Positions 58,155 to 64,000 of a DNA stretch of 64,000 bases are shown piece after piece. How positions within the stretch are numbered: the first letter of the stretch is position 1; the number at the start of each line of letters is the position of its first letter. The DNA is taken from contig OZ025669.1 in the NCBI GenBank assembly GCA_964019335.1, positions 62,001 to 126,000 on the forward strand, written 5' to 3'. The notes below the pieces were generated by a model. That model worked only from the letters and a program-made list of their open reading frames with translations, was not told where the DNA came from and ran no database searches. The translations under genes and the position numbers were made by a program. This DNA comes from Diplonema japonicum (Eukaryota; Protista; Euglenozoa: Diplonemea).

Positions 58155-60719
58155 CTATTCAAAGTCGAACAGATCGTCCAAGTCAACAACTTCGTCGTCC
58201 AAGTCGATCGCCTTGTTGTCAAGGTGCAAAACCTCAATCCCACGCACGCTGTCCTCGCTGTTGATCTCGATCGGCCTGTCCTTCAGCTCCTGTACCTCTT
58301 CAGAAGATTCACTTGGGTTAAAATTTTGTTCATCTTCCCGAGGTTTCCCACGTGCCGATTCAGCGAGCGACAGTTGCCTCGCCAACTCCAATTGCTCTCC
58401 TTCGCGTAACAAACTTCCATTTCTAAACTTCTTTGCATCTGACGGTTGTTGCTCAGACTCCTCCAGCGACAGGCGCAATGCTAACTGAAGCTCATCTTCT
58501 TCCTCAAAACTGGACCTCTTCCTTTTATTACTAGCACTGTTCATTGACATCTCACATGCCATCTGGAACTGCTCTTCTTCGCTAATGTTCTCCAAATCCC
58601 ATTGCCTCTCTTTCTTTTCCTTTTTGTCCTTCTTCTTCTTCTTTTTCTTCTCCTTCTTGTCTTTTCTGCTTTTCTTTTCATTCTCCCCTTCTCTCCATGA
58701 CTTATCTACTTCGAATATCTCTTTGGATGCCTGCAGCGCTCGCGCTATCTCCGCATCAAAGTCAAGCTCACTGTCGTTGCTTGAGGAATCTTCGCTGCTG
58801 CTGCTAGAGAAGTCCCGCTTGCCGTGCCCTTCGAACGAGTATTCAGACTCATCGGAGGAGTAACCGGAATTCATGCTGCTAGCATCTTCGGGGTCTTTTC
58901 TGGTTGCTACGTACTTCCTGTACGCCTTTTCCTCCTTCGTGCCTGCAGACTCACCAATGTCATCGAGTAGCAAGGATTCATGTCGCAGGACCTTAATGAT
59001 GGATAGCCCTCTGGCCTGCATACTCTTTGCCATAGAGGCCATGTAAGGGTCGCGTGAAAGGCACAAGGCCTTCTCCGCCGCCCACCTTTCAGCTAAGTGC
59101 GGTGCTTCTTCTATCTTTCTTGCGTCCTCGCGCAGCACGTTCTTCAAATCCGTCTGCGTGACATACTGCCGTGTGGGGGCAGCCTCGTCGACCACCTTGC
59201 GCGACATCCACTCCTTTGAGACGCTTCTGTTGTACACCAGGGACTCGGGGGTGCCATCGGCGATCAGTCTGTAGATCACCACTGGGTGCTGCAGGCCAAA
59301 CCTGTAGCACCTGAAAACTGCCTGTTGGTCGTTAGCTGGGTTGAAGGACACATCGAACAGCACTGCGATGTGTGCTGTGTTCAAATTGACGCCCACACCC
59401 CCGGCCCGTGTAGAGATGAGGAACACGCACGATGACGTGTGTGCTTGGAAGCCTTTTATTGCAGCTTCCCTTGAGGTTGTGCTCTGTTTTCCATCTAAGC
59501 GGAAGATCACCAAGTCGCTGAATTTCTTCAGCACACGGTTCAAGTAGTCAAGCGTCTCGACGTATTGCGAAAAGACAAGAACCTTCTTATTGTCCCTAGC
59601 CGCCGCTGCCCACAGGTAAAGGAAGGCCACCAACTTAGGGCTGTCATGTGCTACGTCTTTTTTATACGATGTACCATAGGAGGCGATAACAGGTTCCACC
59701 CAAGGCTGCTTCCTCCTCTCCGGCTTTTGGAGAAAGGCGTGCAATAAGTCAGGGTGAGACCCTACCTTGTTGAGAACCTGGATGTAAGCGAGCAGGTTTA
59801 ATCGTTCGGTGTGGGCAGTTTTGAGGAGCACAGCATCTCGGTAAGCAGTGTAGATCTTGTCTTGGAAGCTGCTGAGGGGGCAGAAGATGACGTATTCACT
59901 CTTGGATGGGAGGGCGGCCTTGAGGATGCTTTGGTCCCTCCGCAGAACAATGGAGGAAACGTCCTTTGTGAGGATGTAGGCACGTTCCTTCATGAGGTGT
60001 ATGGCCTCGGGGGTAGCATCCCAGGACTGCCCGGCCTCGATGGGGCGACGAAAGTAGTCCTCGAAGTGCACACGAGGGAAGTGCCCAGGGCGGATGAAGT
60101 CAATCATCGCGTAGTATTCCATGAGATGGTTCTGAAGGGGTGTGCCTGTCAGGATAATGCGCTTCAGCGTGCGTATCTTCGCCAGGGAGCGTGAAAGCTT
60201 TGAGGACACTGATTTGATGCGGTGGCCTTCGTCGCAGATGAGGAGGTCGGGACCAGGATTGGAGAGGAGCTTGCGGAAGACCGAGCTTCCAACCTTTTTA
60301 GCGGTTTTAGAGCTGACAAACCCGCAATACTGCTCATACCCTAGGAAGAGGATGCCGCCTGTGGAGGACCACCTCTGGACAATATCAAGGCGCTTTGACA
60401 CTGCGGTTTCTTCAACACGATAATACCGCATGGTGGGGCAGTCTTCGTGAAGGCTGCCCTTTGTGCTCCATGTCTTGAACTCCATTTCCCAGTTCAACAT
60501 CGTCGACTTCGGTGCCAGCACAATAACGGTTTTCACAGCACCTGTCTTCAGCAGCATCCCGCTCGTCACTATCACCTGCGCCGTCTTCCCCAGCCCCATC
60601 GAGTGCGCCAACACACACCCATGCCCTGCATGTACGTTTCGCACTATAAACGAAATTCCCTCCTCCTGGTGCTCCTTAAGCACGCCCTTCAACTTATTAG
60701 GTATTGGAATCTCCACCAT
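58155..60719 (-). CDS. SNF2-family ATPase (ATRX/RAD54L2-like) with C-terminal UIM- and SIM-like motifs
   Basis: GCVLAHSMGLGKT, CDEGHRIK, LTGTPLQN, STRAGGVGVNL, QAVFRCYRFG. Confidence 0.9.
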   Translation of the reverse strand: MVEIPIPNKLKGVLKEHQEEGISFIVRNVHAGHGCVLAHSMGLGKTAQVIVTSGMLLKTGAVKTVIVLAPKSTMLNWEMEFKTWSTKGSLHEDCPTMRYYRVEETAVSKRLDIVQRWSSTGGILFLGYEQYCGFVSSKTAKKVGSSVFRKLLSNPGPDLLICDEGHRIKSVSSKLSRSLAKIRTLKRIILTGTPLQNHLMEYYAMIDFIRPGHFPRVHFEDYFRRPIEAGQSWDATPEAIHLMKERAYILTKDVSSIVLRRDQSILKAALPSKSEYVIFCPLSSFQDKIYTAYRDAVLLKTAHTERLNLLAYIQVLNKVGSHPDLLHAFLQKPERRKQPWVEPVIASYGTSYKKDVAHDSPKLVAFLYLWAAAARDNKKVLVFSQYVETLDYLNRVLKKFSDLVIFRLDGKQSTTSREAAIKGFQAHTSSCVFLISTRAGGVGVNLNTAHIAVLFDVSFNPANDQQAVFRCYRFGLQHPVVIYRLIADGTPESLVYNRSVSKEWMSRKVVDEAAPTRQYVTQTDLKNVLREDARKIEEAPHLAERWAAEKALCLSRDPYMASMAKSMQARGLSIIKVLRHESLLLDDIGESAGTKEEKAYRKYVATRKDPEDASSMNSGYSSDESEYSFEGHGKRDFSSSSSEDSSSNDSELDFDAEIARALQASKEIFEVDKSWREGENEKKSRKDKKEKKKKKKKDKKEKKERQWDLENISEEEQFQMACEMSMNSASNKRKRSSFEEEDELQLALRLSLEESEQQPSDAKKFRNGSLLREGEQLELARQLSLAESARGKPREDEQNFNPSESSEEVQELKDRPIEINSEDSVRGIEVLHLDNKAIDLDDEVVDLDDLFDFE

Positions 60720-60916
60720 TTCTCTGATCATGCAGTTCATCGGGAAGAAAAGATCGGGTAAAAAAAGAAATGTAGCAGGGGGAAGCAACGGGGGTATCTA
60801 CAAAAAAATAAAGGGTATTCACAAAAGGTTTTCATACAACAGGATTATTTGGTTGCTTTTCTGAGAAAGGTCAATCTATCTAACACATCTATATAAAAAA
60901 AAACGAAAAAAGCGGG

Positions 60917-63868
60917 TTAAGGGGCCTGCAGGACGGAGGTAATGGAATGGGATATATCAGCGTGGTCCTTAGCCAGCTGGTCCCTGAGGCGTGAGTTCTC
61001 GGTGTTGAGAGACGTGATTTGCGCTGAGAGGGAAGTGAGGTTGCTGTGTGCATTGGTGAGGGTGGCGAGGAGGGTGGCCTCTTTCCTTACGCTGTCAGCC
61101 TTTTGTGACTCCAAGATGTCCAATTCTCTCTCTAGCTGCCCCTTCCTGTCCATCTCTCCTTTCACCTGCCTCATCCTCCCCTCCAAGTGTTCCACCTCCT
61201 CGTTCTTGAGCATCATTTCCTTCCCCTTTGCAATGAGCTCGTCCTGTAATCTTATCTTCTCATCCCGCAGCATCTCATTATCTGCCTCAACACGCTGCAT
61301 CTCGTCTCTCATCTGTAGTTTTGTGGTTATATTTGTGTTCTGAGGATCAATACCTTCTGTTTCTCCTCAGCGTGCCTTCCTTGTTCTCCCTTTAGTGCAC
61401 TCTCCTGGTTTCTGATCCCGCTCTCGTACCTGTCTTGCAGCGAGCTCCTTTTCCTTCTCTCCTCGTCCAACTCTTCTTCCAGCTGCTCCCGGTGCTGTAA
61501 CAGTTGGCCTACTTATTCCGAAAAGCATACCTGCTTACCCTCCGCTATCTCCCTTAACGACTCTTCGAGCTCTTGAGTCAGTTCAACTGCTCTCATGGCT
61601 TCTTTTCTGCGTTCCTCACCTGCTGCACCCAGTCCCCTGCGGTGCTCATCCCTTTCCTTGTCGATCTAGTCGGATTCAATGAATATCGATGTGCCCACAT
61701 ACCTGTCTTTTCAGAGAGCTGAGGGCCTCTTGCGTGATGAGTAGTTCAGCGTTCAAAGTCTGCTGGGCATCTTTCTCACGCTGTGCTTCGTTCTGGAATT
61801 GCACGATCTGTTGTGAGGGGTGGTAGGTGAGGGTGATTTGACTGCATACATCGTTCTGAGCGTCCAGAAGCTGCTTCCCGATGCAGCTGACCTTCTCCTG
61901 GCTGGCTAGAAGATCGGCCTGCCTTGCAGCACGCTCCGCTTCCAGCTGGGTGGTGGTGCGATGCGAAGCTATCTTCATATGTTCCCTTTCATCTTTTAGT
62001 TCCATCACATGTGCATTCAGATAAGCAACCTGGTGCTCAGCTTGGGCAGCTTTAGCGGCAGCATCATCATGGTCCAACAAGTTTGCCGAGTGCCTTGCTT
62101 GTAGCTCCTTGACGTGTGCTTCGTGACGCTGTCTGTCTGCTACTCTCCTCTTTGCAGCATCTTCTTTTTCGTGCTCAAGCTCCGCAGTTGCCTGCTCGAC
62201 CTTGGTACGCGCCACCAGCAGCTCCCCCCCCAGTTCCTCAATGCGTACATTGGCCCTTTCTAACTTCAGCCTATACTCCACAGACTTGTCGTTCAAGGCT
62301 AACCTATGCATCTCTCGCTCCTGCTCCAGCTGCGTAACTGCACGCGTTGACTGGCTGCTCAGATCCCCCCATGTAGACTCAGCCTCGATCAGCTTTGCTG
62401 TGACATCGCTGAGCTCCCTCCTGAGGACGGACTTTTCAATCTCTACTTGCTGCAGAGCGGACTTTTTGTCATTCGCTGCCTCATCAAGGCTGCGCTTGAA
62501 GTTGACACGCTCTGCCTCGAGTAGCGAATGAAGCGACTGGTCCTTTGCTCTGAGGGCCTTTGCATCGTCCTTCATTGAATTCTCAGCCGCTTTCAATCTG
62601 CTAGCTTCCGACTCAAGTGCCACTTTCTCGGTCTCTAGTCGCGTCACACGTTCGAGAGCAGTTCTGAGACGTTCGTGCAGCTGTGAGGCCTCGTCATCAC
62701 GTACAGCACGCTCCTCGCTTGCTTTCATGCGCACCACATTCAAGCTGTTGTCCTTCTCAGAGGCTTCTTCGTCCTGAAGCATCATCTTGAGCCTCATACC
62801 CTCCAGCTCGTCTACCAGTGTCTTGATACGTACCTCTAACTCTGCTACTTTGTTCCTCCCAAGCGTTGTGAGCTCTCGCTCTTCGCCGAGCTTCTTTTCT
62901 AGCTTCGCCTCGCGCTCCTTCCCCTTCTCAACGTTGCGCTGGTGCTCTGCAGCCTTCACGTCATACATGGCACTTGACATTGAGAGCTCTTCGTTCCTGG
63001 TCTTCAGCTGCTGATTCAGCTCGGTGCTTCGCACCAACTCCTGCTCTAGCTCTTTCTGCGAGTCAATTTCACTACGCAGCGAAAGCAAGACAGACTCAAG
63101 GTCGCGCATCCTCTTCTCTGCACAAGCCTGCTTCAGTCCCTCAGACAGAGACTTCTCTTCAAGGAGGCGGGCCGCTTCTTGTGCCGTTGCGAGTCTTTCT
63201 TCAAGTATCCTGTTATCGTGTTCCAGCTTGCTTGTCCGCATGGTGGTTTCTTTGTCTCTGCTTTCTATTTCGATGTTAGAAAGCGTAGACTGCTCAAGCA
63301 GTCTGTTGTGCGACGCCTGCTGCTGCGATAGTTGCTGCTGCAGCTCGTAGATCTCGGCGTTCCGTGACTCCGCGGCCACCACCCTTGCCTCTGCTTCTGT
63401 TAGCTTGATACTCGCGTGCTGTAAATCCTCGTTCCGCTCCCTGTTCATTTCTGCCAGTCTTATATTGTCGGCCTTAAGCGAAGCTATTATGTCTTCACTC
63501 CTCTTGAAATCTGCCTCTTTCTGCGCTACCTGCAATTGCATTGCATCTATCTCCGTGTCGAAGGCTGCCCGTGTAGCATTGCTCTTCTCCTTCAGCTCTT
63601 CATGTAGCCTCTTGAGCAGGTCATCCTTAACACGCAGCTTTAGTGACCAATCCTTCTCCATCTGCTGAAGCTCGCGTACCCTTTCGTTGGACCGCGTGAG
63701 GTCCCGTCGCAATGACGTCATCTCTGCTGCGTCCATTCGTGCTCTGAGGGGAGAAGCGCCCTGCGACTGTGTGGGGAACCTGACTGGGGAATCGATGGAC
63801 CTGCTGCTAAGCATGCCAGGGGAAAGGCTCACCTCTGAGTACCTGTTGACGGGAGTGCCTCGTACCAT
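60917..63868 (-). CDS. Long coiled-coil protein, about 4 short introns in the 3' part
   Basis: ORFs 61676-63868 and 60917-61312 join via GT..AG introns (61808-61849, 61666-61702, plus 36- and 41-nt introns near 61500 and 61330). Confidence 0.8.
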
Positions 63869-64000
63869 GGTGTCCTGTGTGGGTGTTGTGGTGCTGCATG
63901 GAACTTCCAGGATCTGTAAATGACAACTGTATTAACTCTGATGGTAAAAAGGTTAGAAGATGAGTACTAGTCTCTGTCACCGCGTGTTCCAACAGCGTCT

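Overview
Eukaryotic nuclear DNA, most consistent with a euglenozoan and probably a diplonemid-like lineage (inference from architecture only). About 33 protein-coding genes all lie on the minus strand in one unbroken head-to-tail array. Most stop-to-ATG spacers are only about 55-65 nt, with an AG a few nt before many ATGs (polycistronic transcription / SL trans-splicing signature). Unlike trypanosomatids, many genes carry tiny GT-AG introns (30-49 nt, mostly 30-36, donor GTATG, no obvious polypyrimidine tract); these join the fragmented ORFs exactly in frame. The left end holds a giant repeat protein built from identical 1559-bp units (1515-nt exon + 44-nt intron). Also present: a kinesin-like/WW/coiled-coil gene with degenerate switch motifs, a 540-bp MITE (23-bp TIRs, TTA TSD), a 5'-truncated non-LTR retroelement with a 10-bp TSD whose 3' stem-loop recurs 22 kb away, and four 1-2.6 kb homopolymer- and hairpin-rich non-coding islands. 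Recognisable genes include CCCH zinc finger, gluconokinase, ADP-ribosyltransferase, nucleoside hydrolase, AlkB, coilin-N-like, signal peptide peptidase, sirtuin, GNAT, ankyrin-PDZ, CYTH, LanC-like, two DHHC, CPA2 antiporter, TGS1, PIH1, PC-esterase and SNF2. All family calls come from motifs read by eye; no database searches were run.
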